This document shows, piece by piece, positions 51,391 through 61,772 of a stretch of 64,000 nucleotides of DNA (position 1 is the first letter of the stretch; each line of letters starts with the position of its first letter). This stretch comes from a candidate division WOR-3 bacterium. Its GTDB lineage: Bacteria; Hydrothermota; Tepidihabitantia; Tepidihabitantales; Tepidihabitantaceae. The DNA is taken from the NCBI GenBank assembly GCA_965649225.1, contig CBFGJX010000001.1, forward strand, positions 134,857 to 198,856, read 5' to 3'. Below the pieces are notes generated by a model. The model did no database searches, was not told the DNA's origin, and saw nothing but the letters and a program-made list of their open reading frames with translations. The translations under genes were made by a program, and so were the position numbers.

Positions 51391-54387
51391 CTAAAAGACC
51401 AGCATGAACTTGCCGACCTGACTGCCGACATCGGACTCGACATGGAAGATGTACACTCCCGGTGCCGGCTTCTGCTCGCTCTCATTCAGCAGGTCCCAGT
51501 CCTCGTCACCGCCAAACTGGTTGGGCAGGCTGCCCAGGTCCGGACGCGTTGCCCGGTGCTCAATCGTTCGTACCAGGTCACCGGCAAGGTTGTAAATCCG
51601 GATCGTGCAGTGATCGGGCAGGTTGATGAACTTGAGCTTGCGGAAATCGCGGTGCCGCTCCCACTCATTGCGAACGATGTAGGGGTTGGGCACCACCTTG
51701 ACATTGAGCTTGCCGGCATCGGCCCGGAATGTCGCCGGCTCAAACTCAATGTTCCAGACAGCAAAGCACGGTGCCGGTGCCAGCAGCCGGCTGTAAACCA
51801 GCCAGGTGTCGCCCGGTGCCGGCGCCTGCGTTACGCTGGGAGAGAAAGTGAAGTACGAACCGCATATCGCCATCGCGATGGTCTTTTCCAGCCCCGAGGT
51901 CGCCACAAAGGTATCGACCGCCGCCCGGGCAGAACGGAATGCCCAGCCGTCGGCGGTATCCGGACTCGGGTTGGTCTGGCGGAAATACGGTTTGAACTCT
52001 ACCGGCCGGTTGTTCTGGATGTCCCAGACATCGCAGGTCAGCGCATTCTCCCGCTGTTTCCAGACAATCCGGAAGTCCGAACCGCGATAAGCCCACAGAC
52101 CCCGGTTGGCTGGAATCGCCGGAATCGAAATGGTGGACTCGGGATAACTGCCGCTGACGACCTTGACGCTCTGGAAGAACTGTGTCGGAACCTGGTCCAT
52201 CTTCAGTTTCAGAGTCATCTGCGCCACCGGCAGCCAGGCCCGGGTCGTGTCAACCACTGTCTCGCCTTCCCCTGTCACGCGCTCACGGATGTCGGTGATG
52301 ACAGTATCGAAGATCGTCGGCACTGCTACCACCGTGTCGGGAGTGGTAGTGATATCCACACTCAATCCGGCCAGTGGCACAACCGTATCACCCGCAGTGG
52401 TCGTTACCGCATAGCGATACACCGGACCGTTGCTGGTCGGGTCGTATTTCGGCCCAAGAAACTCCAGCCGGTAGACTCCGCCCTTCAGTGCGTCCGGCAC
52501 CAGCGGCAGCGGGAACACTCCCAGGCGCAGTCGGTCGTGCCCGGCAACCTTCTCGACCCCGGCAGCTGGCGGAACATAGTTGCCCGCCTGAGTCCGTGGT
52601 ACTGCCCGCACCGGCATCAGGCCGGATTCCAGCGACAGGGTATCGGGCGGTCGGGTCGAATCGCCGCCGACATAGTTGAGGTCGAACGCCGTGACCGCGT
52701 AGTAATACGGAAAACCCAGCCGCAGCGAACTGGAATCGACATAGGCATAGGCAAGTCCCCGATCAACTGCCTTGGTCCGCAGCGACTCGACAACCGTTGT
52801 ATCCTCGTAGCGCAGCCCGTCGGCCCGGTCAAACTGCGCCAGCAGCTGCCACGAACCGGGCTGGCCGGTGCGGCTGCGGTAGACCTTGTAGCCCTGAAAG
52901 TCGCGCTGAACGTAGAAAGGACTGGCCAGTGACGGTGCCAACGGAAAGAACCGGTCCTCGGCCCCCTCCGGGAAGTCGTCCCAGACCAGTGTCACGCGCC
53001 CGTCACCCGGAACTGCGGTCAGATTGGGCGACGGCGGCGGTTCGGGAGCAATCCAGTTGTTGTCGTAGGCTGCCTGTGCCGCCCGCGATGCAACTGCCAG
53101 ATTGTAAACCATCTGGTCACCGACTCCCGGTGCCCGACTGGCCGCAATCACGCCGATCGTCACCGTCGCGATTTCATTCGGCGCCAGGGTAAACGGCCCG
53201 GTTGACTGCAAAAACCGCTTGTCGGCCGGCGAGATGTCGGTCGAATCGAACGGATTGTAGGGATACTGCGGATTCCAGTAGTCGTAACCGGCCATCGCCA
53301 GGTACTGCTGGAAGTCGTCAATCGGGTCGGCGTCAGTCAGCGTGAAGATCTTGAACGACCGCATGCCGAGCTGACGGCCCTCGGCCGGTTCGTCAATCAG
53401 CCCGTTGCCGTTGTTGTCGATACCGTCGAACCCGTCAATCGAGCCGTCGGGGTTCTTGACATAGGGACTCTGCAGAAAGTCAAAGCCGACGAAGCCGCTC
53501 GGATCGGTCTGGGTCCCTTCACTCCAGACATAGCCCATATTGTCCACCCAGACCGAGTCGGTGCCCGATGCGTTGCGGATGTACTTGGCCAGCGCCAGCG
53601 CCGCCCGGTCATCGGTGGCGTTGCCGACGTCGGCGTCGCACACCATCCCCAGATACATGTCGCGGATTGTGTCACTGGTGCGATTGCGGACATCGAACTT
53701 GAAGAAAACGATATCGCGGTTCCACGGCAGCGTCCATGAGTAGGTGGACTGGTAGACTTCAACCCCGATCGGCCGCGGCGTGCCCGACCTTGCCGCAGTA
53801 TGCTGGGCCGGGTCACGGTCGCAGAATACCGCCCAGGCATCGCCCGAGGACACCGCGGTCCGGGGAATATAGTAGAAATAGCCCGGCACCATCGTGTCAC
53901 CGGACGGTACCCGCAGCGGCGTCAACACCGAATCTGACAAATCCGCCGGAAAATTGGCCGGATTCGGCGGCCAGTCTTCCGGATAGATGTACACCCGCTC
54001 AAACTCCCGGGCCGCATAACCGCCCGGAGCGTTGTCGTAACAGCCGGGCGTCATCTCCGACTTGCCCGAATTCGGATTGTAGCCGACGCTGACCAGCGTA
54101 TCCGGTGCCGGCACCCGCTTGACCGTTCCGATCCACAACCCGGCACCATAAAGATACATGTCGCCCGACCCGACCGGCCATTCACCGCCACCCGAGCGGT
54201 CAGGGTTGTAGCCAAAGGTACCGTAGTTGCTGACCATTATCCGCCACTGGTTCTTGATGTAGGGCTTGATGTCCAGCTTGCGCGGCGGTCGCCAGGGCCG
54301 ACCCGCCGTCCGCGCCTGTGCCGGTACTGCCAGACCGACCAGCAGCAGTGCGGCCAAGAGAACCATCTTCAATCTGTTGCTGTTCAT
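51391..54387 (-). CDS. Large secreted protein (998 aa) with T9SS-type C-terminal sorting domain; function unknown
   Basis: Signal peptide ending AQA. About 90-aa C-terminal domain (IRIYNLAGDLVRTIEH...GVYIFHVESD). No recognisable catalytic motif. Confidence 0.6.
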   Translation of the reverse strand: MNSNRLKMVLLAALLLVGLAVPAQARTAGRPWRPPRKLDIKPYIKNQWRIMVSNYGTFGYNPDRSGGGEWPVGSGDMYLYGAGLWIGTVKRVPAPDTLVSVGYNPNSGKSEMTPGCYDNAPGGYAAREFERVYIYPEDWPPNPANFPADLSDSVLTPLRVPSGDTMVPGYFYYIPRTAVSSGDAWAVFCDRDPAQHTAARSGTPRPIGVEVYQSTYSWTLPWNRDIVFFKFDVRNRTSDTIRDMYLGMVCDADVGNATDDRAALALAKYIRNASGTDSVWVDNMGYVWSEGTQTDPSGFVGFDFLQSPYVKNPDGSIDGFDGIDNNGNGLIDEPAEGRQLGMRSFKIFTLTDADPIDDFQQYLAMAGYDYWNPQYPYNPFDSTDISPADKRFLQSTGPFTLAPNEIATVTIGVIAASRAPGVGDQMVYNLAVASRAAQAAYDNNWIAPEPPPSPNLTAVPGDGRVTLVWDDFPEGAEDRFFPLAPSLASPFYVQRDFQGYKVYRSRTGQPGSWQLLAQFDRADGLRYEDTTVVESLRTKAVDRGLAYAYVDSSSLRLGFPYYYAVTAFDLNYVGGDSTRPPDTLSLESGLMPVRAVPRTQAGNYVPPAAGVEKVAGHDRLRLGVFPLPLVPDALKGGVYRLEFLGPKYDPTSNGPVYRYAVTTTAGDTVVPLAGLSVDITTTPDTVVAVPTIFDTVITDIRERVTGEGETVVDTTRAWLPVAQMTLKLKMDQVPTQFFQSVKVVSGSYPESTISIPAIPANRGLWAYRGSDFRIVWKQRENALTCDVWDIQNNRPVEFKPYFRQTNPSPDTADGWAFRSARAAVDTFVATSGLEKTIAMAICGSYFTFSPSVTQAPAPGDTWLVYSRLLAPAPCFAVWNIEFEPATFRADAGKLNVKVVPNPYIVRNEWERHRDFRKLKFINLPDHCTIRIYNLAGDLVRTIEHRATRPDLGSLPNQFGGDEDWDLLNESEQKPAPGVYIFHVESDVGSQVGKFMLVF

Positions 54388-54396
54388 CCTGCCTCC

Positions 54397-57201
54397 TCAG
54401 AACTCCAGCGCCACACCCAGTTTTACCTGTCGTGGCGCGTCCCAGTTGATCGGATTGTCAACAAAATCGAGCCAGGCCATCTTGAACGCGATGTACTCCT
54501 CTTCGTCAGTGATGTAGCCATCGTGATTGCGGTCGCGCACCGGATTGTAGAGGCTGGTATTGAGGTTGGTGATATCGGCCACACCGGACCAGCCCAGCGG
54601 TGAGAGTGTCGCCGCATAGCCGTCATCATCCGGCCGGCCGGTCGCGCCGTAAACCCAGGTGATGTTCTGGTTGTTGAACAGATTGGTGACTACCAGCGTC
54701 AACCCGAGTCGTAGTGGTCCAATGCGGAAACGTTTGGCGGCATTCAGGTCAGCAGTAAAGCTGCCCGGCATTCGCGCCGAATTACGCTCGGCCGTCGGCC
54801 GGCCGGCATTGAGACCGCGCGCACCGACTTCCCGTGGCGTGTAGGGCAAGCCGGAGGCAACGCTGAAAAGCAACGAGCCGCTGAGGTCACGCGCCGGAAC
54901 GAACGCAACATCACCCGGCACGTCCAGGCTCAGACTCAGCCGGGTATTGTGGGTCTGGTCGAACTCCAACGCATAGTCCCGACGGGGCGGCTCCATCTGC
55001 ATGCCGGTAACCGGATCGGTTCCGTAGCGGTAGCGCTCGTAGTACCACTCATAGGTCGAAGACGCCGTGCCGCGGGCGATTGAAAGACCGTAGGTCACCC
55101 GGGCGCTCCAGTAGCGGTCAAGCAACCGCCGCAGACTGACCTCAAACCCCCGGACGCTGCCGTACTCTTCATTGACCAGCGGGAAGAATCCGGTCGGCAC
55201 CGCCGGCTGAAACCGGGTGCCCATCAGGTCGAAAATGTCCTTGTAGTAGGCCGTGAAGTCGCCGACAACCAGCGGTGAAAACTGCTGCTCCAGCCCGAGC
55301 TCGTAGGCAATCGTCTGCTGAGCCAAGAGGTCCGGGTTGCCGATAATCTGGTTGCCGCGCGAATAGGCCGCGGTCGAGATATTGTCATAGAGGAAATGAT
55401 AAGCCGGCGTCTGATAGAAGTGGCCGTAGGACAGCCGGAACTTGGTCGTGGTGGTTATCGGGAACGATACGCCCAGCCGCGGCGACACCTTGTACTTCAA
55501 CGACGCCGCGACGGTCGAGGTGTCCTCGATGTTGGACGGGTTGGCCCGCTTGCGTACACTCGGGTCAAGGTAGTCGAGTCGCAGCCCGGCGCGTACGACC
55601 AGGTCTTCGAAGTCCATCCGGTCCTGCACGTAGGCAGCAGCGTTCACCGGGTTGACATCATAGGAATCAACAAACGGATTCGGGTCCCAGGGCAACGAGT
55701 TGTAGCGGCGATGCAGCGAATTCAGCCGCGTTTCGATGCCGGCCTTGATCTCGTGCACCTTGCCGATGTTGTGAGTGATATCACCCTTCAGCGTCACTAC
55801 TTCTGACCAGTGCAGCAGAAAGTAGCGATAATCACCCGAACCGTAGAAGAGATTGTAAACACCCCAGGGATTATTGGTGTTGACCTGCGACTGCTGAACA
55901 TAGCCCGGCATCGGCCGGAACAACACGCTGTCATTGGCCAGCACCGAATCCTCGGCCTTGAAGATGTAGTCCTCCCAGAAACGCACCCGCCAGTTGCGCT
56001 CGTTGGCTTCCCGTTCGAGGTCACGCACCGCCTGCACCCGCTGATTGTAGAAATAGCTCACCCGGGCGGTGTAGAAAGTGTTCTTGGTCAGCATGTGGTT
56101 GGCCGAAACGTTGCCTTTCCGCGCCCGTTCCCGCCGTGACAGATAGTGGTCGAGATTGTACTTGAATCCGAGGTGATTCTCGCTCTCCCGGTCTGAAGGA
56201 TAAAGCTCATTCTGCTCCCGGGCAATGAACCCGTCGGCCGAAAGCCGCAGCCCCTCGTTCAACGGCAGCGAGTAGGTCAGCTTGCCGGTGAACTTGTAAT
56301 CCTGCCGATTCTGGTGCGGCAGCTTGTAGCGCAGCGGTCGGTAGTCCTCGGCAAAATACAGCTCACCGGAAAGAAAGTAGCGCAGCCGCTGCAGGCCGGG
56401 CAGCGGACCGCCCAGCGATGCCTCGATCCGGTTATCACCAAAGCTGGCTGGTCCGGGCATGAATTCATCGGTAACCCAGCCGAGCCGGCCGGAGAAATTC
56501 TCCCGGCCCTCCTTGGTGATGACCTGAACGATTCCCGACATCGCCTCGCCGTACTCGGCGTCGAAGCCTCCGGAAATAACAACGACCTCCGCGGTTGCGC
56601 CCGGATTCACCCGTGCTGCCTGATAACCGTAGAGCGGATCGGAAGTGGCAACGCCATCAACGAAATAGGCTACCTCGTCCGGCCGGCCGCCACGGATGTG
56701 CTGCCCCTGAGTCGCGCTGACGACCACGCCGGTCTGCAGCCGGACAATGTCGGCCAGTGTCGCAACCGGCAGCTTGGCGATTTCCTCGCTGCCCATCGTC
56801 TGGCTGGTGGCAGCGACCGTCCGGACAATCGGCGGCGGGGTGCTCTTGACTTCGACCACGCCCATCTCAATCCGCTCGGCGCTGAGTGCGAAGTCCTCGG
56901 TTATCGTCTGGTCAACGATGACCAGCACATCGGTCTTGCGCACCGTCTGATAGCTGATGTAGGAGGCGGTCACCGAAACCCGTCCGACCGGGACGTTGGC
57001 AATCAGATACTCACCCTTGGCATCGGTTGCCGCGCCCAGGTCGGTGCCTTCGATGACCACGTTCGCTCCGACCAGCGGTTCCCGGGTCTTGGCATCCACA
57101 ACCCGTCCCCGTATCCGGCCGGTCTGACTGGCCAGGGCCGTTGCCGTCAGCAGGATTGCCAGACAGACAACCGCCCGGCTGAAAATGGTCCTGCGATTCA
57201 T
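54397..57201 (-). CDS. TonB-dependent receptor with N-terminal carboxypeptidase-regulatory-like domain (SusC-like)
   Basis: Signal peptide, CarbopepD_reg-like domain, plug domain, TonB-box region, C-terminal ...GVALEF. Confidence 0.8.
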   Translation of the reverse strand: MNRRTIFSRAVVCLAILLTATALASQTGRIRGRVVDAKTREPLVGANVVIEGTDLGAATDAKGEYLIANVPVGRVSVTASYISYQTVRKTDVLVIVDQTITEDFALSAERIEMGVVEVKSTPPPIVRTVAATSQTMGSEEIAKLPVATLADIVRLQTGVVVSATQGQHIRGGRPDEVAYFVDGVATSDPLYGYQAARVNPGATAEVVVISGGFDAEYGEAMSGIVQVITKEGRENFSGRLGWVTDEFMPGPASFGDNRIEASLGGPLPGLQRLRYFLSGELYFAEDYRPLRYKLPHQNRQDYKFTGKLTYSLPLNEGLRLSADGFIAREQNELYPSDRESENHLGFKYNLDHYLSRRERARKGNVSANHMLTKNTFYTARVSYFYNQRVQAVRDLEREANERNWRVRFWEDYIFKAEDSVLANDSVLFRPMPGYVQQSQVNTNNPWGVYNLFYGSGDYRYFLLHWSEVVTLKGDITHNIGKVHEIKAGIETRLNSLHRRYNSLPWDPNPFVDSYDVNPVNAAAYVQDRMDFEDLVVRAGLRLDYLDPSVRKRANPSNIEDTSTVAASLKYKVSPRLGVSFPITTTTKFRLSYGHFYQTPAYHFLYDNISTAAYSRGNQIIGNPDLLAQQTIAYELGLEQQFSPLVVGDFTAYYKDIFDLMGTRFQPAVPTGFFPLVNEEYGSVRGFEVSLRRLLDRYWSARVTYGLSIARGTASSTYEWYYERYRYGTDPVTGMQMEPPRRDYALEFDQTHNTRLSLSLDVPGDVAFVPARDLSGSLLFSVASGLPYTPREVGARGLNAGRPTAERNSARMPGSFTADLNAAKRFRIGPLRLGLTLVVTNLFNNQNITWVYGATGRPDDDGYAATLSPLGWSGVADITNLNTSLYNPVRDRNHDGYITDEEEYIAFKMAWLDFVDNPINWDAPRQVKLGVALEF

Positions 57202-57210
57202 CTGCCCTCC

Positions 57211-58248
57211 TTACTGTGCTTCGACCCGGACCGGAATCGCCCAGATCGTGCTCGTATAGGGACTGCCGGTATAGTAGAGATTGGAGTTGGGCACCAGCTC
57301 AACGTAGATGTGGCTGTAACCAGGTTGGGTGAAGCTGAAATCCGCCCCACCGTTCAGAGCGTTAATCGTTACGTCCCGCCGGCGTCCCTCAACGGTCAGG
57401 AAGAACCGGTTCTTGTCCTGCCCGGTATCAGCCGGAGTCCGTGCCCGGACATCGAGCCGGATCAGCTCATTCGCCCGAACCGTGTAAATCTGTTCCAGCG
57501 GCCGCAGATTGTAGACTGCGCGGCCGTCCGGTCGCGGTGTATAGAAAAACGTATCGCTGACACCGGGGCGTGACAACACCAGATACGACACCCCCGGAGC
57601 ATCCTGCGTGCTGGGCACGAAACTGGCAAATCCTGTCAGCTTGGTCAGCCTGTACCCGGAATCGGTCTTGGGGAGAAACAGCACCCGTCTGGTCCGCCAG
57701 TCAAAGACCTTGAAGGTGTCCTGCGGCGTGTCAAATCCCCGCACCTCGATCGACCCGACGCGCCAGCGCACGGTTGAATCGGGTTGGGTATCGGGTCGAA
57801 ATGTCACAATCCAGAGACTGTCGTAAACAAAGTGCACGCGCCCGGCAACCAGCGAATCCCAGCGCCACACTTCACAGAAGGTATCGGTCATCGCCACCGT
57901 ATCAACCGTCACGCCGAACTTGAACTCTTCCCGGTATGCCGCCGCCGGCTCTTCGACACTGAGCGCCAGCAGCCGGCGGAACTTGCACAGGGTTGCGCCA
58001 TCACTGGACAGGGTATCGCCACTCGTCAGCGGAATCAGCAGACCGAGTCGAAAGCTGTCCGCCAGTGCCTGACGAGCATCAAGAAAACCCGACCACGGCG
58101 CCAGCTCCGCCCGCACTGCCGCTGAATCCTCACTGGTCCACCACTGCCAGTTGGCCGGTGGTTCCTTTCCGCACCCTCCCAGAAAAAACACCACACTCTG
58201 CGCCAGCAGAACCGCCAGGCCAATCGCAGCAATCCGGAGCCGGCGCAT
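57211..58248 (-). CDS. Hypothetical lipoprotein
   Basis: Lipobox FFLGGC after the internal start MRRLRIAAIGLAVLL. No known domain. The ORF could extend to 58347. Confidence 0.5.
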   Translation of the reverse strand: MRRLRIAAIGLAVLLAQSVVFFLGGCGKEPPANWQWWTSEDSAAVRAELAPWSGFLDARQALADSFRLGLLIPLTSGDTLSSDGATLCKFRRLLALSVEEPAAAYREEFKFGVTVDTVAMTDTFCEVWRWDSLVAGRVHFVYDSLWIVTFRPDTQPDSTVRWRVGSIEVRGFDTPQDTFKVFDWRTRRVLFLPKTDSGYRLTKLTGFASFVPSTQDAPGVSYLVLSRPGVSDTFFYTPRPDGRAVYNLRPLEQIYTVRANELIRLDVRARTPADTGQDKNRFFLTVEGRRRDVTINALNGGADFSFTQPGYSHIYVELVPNSNLYYTGSPYTSTIWAIPVRVEAQ

Positions 58249-58444
58249 TCGCCGACATGCCGACTCTGGCTGATTGTTGGCGGTTCGATTTTGGCGAGGC
58301 ACCAGTTTTGCCATCATTGCCTCCTTGACCCGTACCGCCGGTATCATCGCCCAGCAGGATGACGGTCGCTCCCTACCGGCGGTTGTTCGATTCGAGCTAA
58401 AAGAACTGCGGGGCGGGCATCGCTGCCCGCCCCGCTATAGACAA

Positions 58445-60280
58445 CTACCGGGCGACGGTGAGTTTCCTCGTTACCGAAGTCTCGTCCGTAGTGAGAGTGT
58501 AGAAGTAGACGCCGTTTGTCACCCGGCTGGCATCCCAGGTCGCATTGTAACGACCGGCCGCCACTTTGCCGTTGACCAGCGTCGCCACCGGTCGGCCTGC
58601 GGCATCAAACACCTGCAGGCTGACATTGCCCGCTTTCGGCAGGGCGTAGCTGATCCGCGTCCGCGCGGTCACCGGATTGGGTGACGCAGCGAGCTCGACC
58701 CGGGTCGGCACGCCCGGCCGCTCGGCAACGCCGCCGGTCGGGTAGTAGATCTTCTGGACGACGTAGGGGTTGTTCGTGGCGGTTCCCTGGTTCTGAATCA
58801 CGAAACCGGCCTGCAAGTCCATCTCGTAGAGCACCATCACCGTGTCATTGACAACCGGGTCGGCCAGCGCCGGGAACCGGCAGCTCGCTGTGGTCCGGTC
58901 GGTGAGCTTCAACGCCTGGGTCCAGGTCGCGCCGCCATCATTGGAGTAAGCATGCCAGATGTCGGCACGGAGCAGGTTGGTGACCGGCTCGACATTGGTG
59001 CCGTCGAACTGCTCCCAAACGACGTGCAGCTTGCTCGGATCACCGTGAACCTGAGCGATCTGAGGCCGGCAGGCAAACATCGCATTGTAGCCAACCGCCG
59101 CCAGCAGTGAGTCGGTGTCGGCCCGGTGAATCTGACGCCAGCCGAGCGACGAAGTCCAGTGATAAAGCACCGCCGGCAGAATGTAACCGGTATCACGGAC
59201 CACCGGCATGACGTTGGTCACGAAATGCAGGTTGTCGTCGGAATCATACCACGGGAAGATGCCGGTGATATGGAACGACGGCGTCGTGTCCGGCCCGTAA
59301 GGGTTGGGAATCGGAATCTCGGTCGGCGGACCCCAGGTCGCGCCACCGTCCGGTGACTCGCGGTAGTAACCGGGATTGATTGATCCGGCTTCGTCACTGA
59401 AAACCCAGGTGATGCAGACCTTGTCGCTGACCTTGGAAGCAGCAATGCCCTGGGTCGGGAAGGTCGGATTGGGCTGTGGCGGGCAGACCTCGATCGGGGT
59501 GTCCCAGTTGCACCAGCTCGTTGCCCGCGAGTAGTAGAGATTGTTACGGCTGGCGTCATCAACCAGTGCCAGATGGATCGTCTGGTTCTGCCCGACATCC
59601 ACCGGCGGCCAGAGGTAACCGGTCAGGGTCGGCTCACCGGTGCAGTAGTCGAAGATGCCTGCACCCGGCGCGACGTCACGGGCAACCACCGGGTAGATCG
59701 CGCCCTGGTGAGTGGAAGCCACAGCTACGCCGGTAACCGGGTCAGCAGAAAGACCACCGAATCCGGAACGCGCCGCGAAGATGTTGATGCCCGACTGCAT
59801 GTAGTCGGCGTCAATCCAGTTCCAGGAATGGGTGGCGAAGTCGTAGAAGTTGTAACGTTCGTTCCTGTCGGTGAAGCCGCTCGGCTGGGTCGAGAACATC
59901 CACATTGCATGCACGCCGTAGTCCGGCGAAGTCACCAGCATGCGGTAGCCGGGGCCGTTGAACCCCCAGTCGTAGGTAGTGCCGCCAATCGTGTCAACCG
60001 TACCGACGACAGCAACGCTGCCACTGGCCGGCACTGATGACTCGTTACGTTCCAGCACCGGTGCCGGCGCCGTGACTGCGTTGTCAGGCGCAATCGCGGT
60101 AACCGGACGGTTGTTCCCCGCCGCCAGCAGCATCGCCGGCACGAGCAGGGTAAGACAGACTAGGTTACGCATCGGTCTCCTCCTTTGGTCTGTTTGCGTC
60201 AGACATTCCTTTCCGGCAGTTCTCCGACGATCGCTGTGCTGCGGTCGCCCGCCGGCTGCTCGGTCCTTTGTTTCCGCCAT
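58445..60280 (-). CDS. BNR/Asp-box repeat (sialidase-like beta-propeller) protein with T9SS C-terminal sorting domain
   Basis: Asp-box repeats (SPDGGATW, SNDGGATW). C-terminal TIGR04183-like domain (NVSLQVFDAAGRPVATL...GVYFYTL). Confidence 0.65.
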   Translation of the reverse strand: MAETKDRAAGGRPQHSDRRRTAGKECLTQTDQRRRPMRNLVCLTLLVPAMLLAAGNNRPVTAIAPDNAVTAPAPVLERNESSVPASGSVAVVGTVDTIGGTTYDWGFNGPGYRMLVTSPDYGVHAMWMFSTQPSGFTDRNERYNFYDFATHSWNWIDADYMQSGINIFAARSGFGGLSADPVTGVAVASTHQGAIYPVVARDVAPGAGIFDYCTGEPTLTGYLWPPVDVGQNQTIHLALVDDASRNNLYYSRATSWCNWDTPIEVCPPQPNPTFPTQGIAASKVSDKVCITWVFSDEAGSINPGYYRESPDGGATWGPPTEIPIPNPYGPDTTPSFHITGIFPWYDSDDNLHFVTNVMPVVRDTGYILPAVLYHWTSSLGWRQIHRADTDSLLAAVGYNAMFACRPQIAQVHGDPSKLHVVWEQFDGTNVEPVTNLLRADIWHAYSNDGGATWTQALKLTDRTTASCRFPALADPVVNDTVMVLYEMDLQAGFVIQNQGTATNNPYVVQKIYYPTGGVAERPGVPTRVELAASPNPVTARTRISYALPKAGNVSLQVFDAAGRPVATLVNGKVAAGRYNATWDASRVTNGVYFYTLTTDETSVTRKLTVAR

Positions 60281-60286
60281 TTCAAA

Positions 60287-60916
60287 CTATTGAGTCAGCG
60301 TGAAGCGGAACGGTATCGACACCCACACCCGGACAGCCTGGTCACGCTGTTTCGCCGGGGAGAATGTCGCCCGCATTGCCGCCTCGACCGCTGCCTGGTC
60401 AAGAGCGGTATTGCCCGAACTCTTCAGAATCCGCGCATCCGCAACCTTGCCATCAACATCAACCAGTGCTTCAACAACTGCCTGACCTTCAATGCCGGCG
60501 GTCCGGGCCATTTCCGGGTAATTCGGCACCGGGATGTTGATCGGCTTGGGCTTGACCTCAACCTTCCAGAACGGAACAACCGGGATATCAGTATCGGTTG
60601 TCCGCCGCACAACTTCCTGGAAAGTCGTGGTTTCTATCGTCTGGGCCTCAACTTCGGCCTCGTTCTCAGCCGCTACCGGCACGCTCTGGGGCCGCTCGAC
60701 CTTTGGCTCCTCGGCCATCTTTTCAAGCTGCGGCGGCAAAGCCTCCATTACCATTTCAATCGACCGCCGCAACTGATAAGGTTTGACCTCGAACTCACGC
60801 GGCAGCAACAGAAACGCACCGAGGCAGATTATCAGTGCGGCAACTGCCGCCAGGCGCAGTGCCACCGCATAGTAGCGGTCTTCCCATGCCAGGGCTTCGA
60901 TTCCGGTGTAAGGCAT
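60287..60916 (-). CDS. tonB: Energy transducer TonB
   Basis: N-terminal TM helix, Pro/Glu-rich linker and TonB C-terminal domain (PNYPEMARTAGIEGQAVVEALVDVDGKV). Confidence 0.75.
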   Translation of the reverse strand: MPYTGIEALAWEDRYYAVALRLAAVAALIICLGAFLLLPREFEVKPYQLRRSIEMVMEALPPQLEKMAEEPKVERPQSVPVAAENEAEVEAQTIETTTFQEVVRRTTDTDIPVVPFWKVEVKPKPINIPVPNYPEMARTAGIEGQAVVEALVDVDGKVADARILKSSGNTALDQAAVEAAMRATFSPAKQRDQAVRVWVSIPFRFTLTQ

Positions 60917-61341
60917 TATGAACCTCCGCCCCCAACCTTGTACTCAGTACCGAAAGTCACTTTCAAGGCTCTGGCGTCCTTCAGCCCTTCCAGTACATCG
61001 GTAACGTACCCGTAGGCGACGTCCTTGTCAGCCTGCAGCATCACGACGAGGTCGGGGTTCTGAATGATTTTTTCCCCAATTATCGCCGGGACGGCCGAAA
61101 CCGATACGAGATTGTCGCTGATACTGATACGACCGGTTCGGTCAATCCAGATGTTTTCGACGTTGCGGCGTTTCAGAATCCGCTCTGTCTTCTCCGCCGC
61201 CGGCAGTGTCACCTTCAACCCCGAACCTTGGCGGAAAGTCGTTGAAACCATGAAAAAGATGATCAGCAGAAAGGCGATGTCGCCGGTCGATGCCGTCGGC
61301 AGATCAGGGTTGGTTACCCGCTTCTCGGCAATCCGTCTCAT
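60916..61341 (-). CDS. exbD: Biopolymer transport protein ExbD/TolR
   Basis: TGDIAFLLIIFFMVSTTF TM region and ExbD periplasmic domain. Confidence 0.8.
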   Translation of the reverse strand: MRRIAEKRVTNPDLPTASTGDIAFLLIIFFMVSTTFRQGSGLKVTLPAAEKTERILKRRNVENIWIDRTGRISISDNLVSVSAVPAIIGEKIIQNPDLVVMLQADKDVAYGYVTDVLEGLKDARALKVTFGTEYKVGGGGS

Positions 61342-61763
61342 CCACCCTCCTCGCCGATCACCGGTGCCAGGCTGATACGCTCGGCATTGGCCATTTTCAG
61401 CTGGTCAAAAACCTGGATCATCGTCTGGTAGGGAGCGCGACGGCTGACCCGCAGGGCAATCGCCAGATCCTTGTTCGCCGCCAGTCGCGCCTCAATCAGC
61501 CCTCGGACTTCGGGAATCTGAACAACCTGGTTGTCAACCAGTACTTCTCCCGCCTGACTGACGGCAACGACCAGAACGTTCTCGGCTTTGATCTTCACCG
61601 CCTCGCCCTTCTCGGGCAGGACGATCTTCAGACCCTTTTCGCGCGCGAAAATACTCGTTGCCATGAAGAATATGATGATCAAAAAGGCGATGTCGCCGGT
61701 CGATGCCGTCGGGATTGTCGGCTGAGCCTGATTACGGCTGCGATTCCTCAGGCCAATCGCCAT
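61338..61763 (-). CDS. exbD: Biopolymer transport protein ExbD/TolR (second copy)
   Basis: Paralogous ExbD adjacent to the first copy. Confidence 0.8.
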   Translation of the reverse strand: MAIGLRNRSRNQAQPTIPTASTGDIAFLIIIFFMATSIFAREKGLKIVLPEKGEAVKIKAENVLVVAVSQAGEVLVDNQVVQIPEVRGLIEARLAANKDLAIALRVSRRAPYQTMIQVFDQLKMANAERISLAPVIGEEGG

Positions 61764-61772
61764 CTGGTCACC

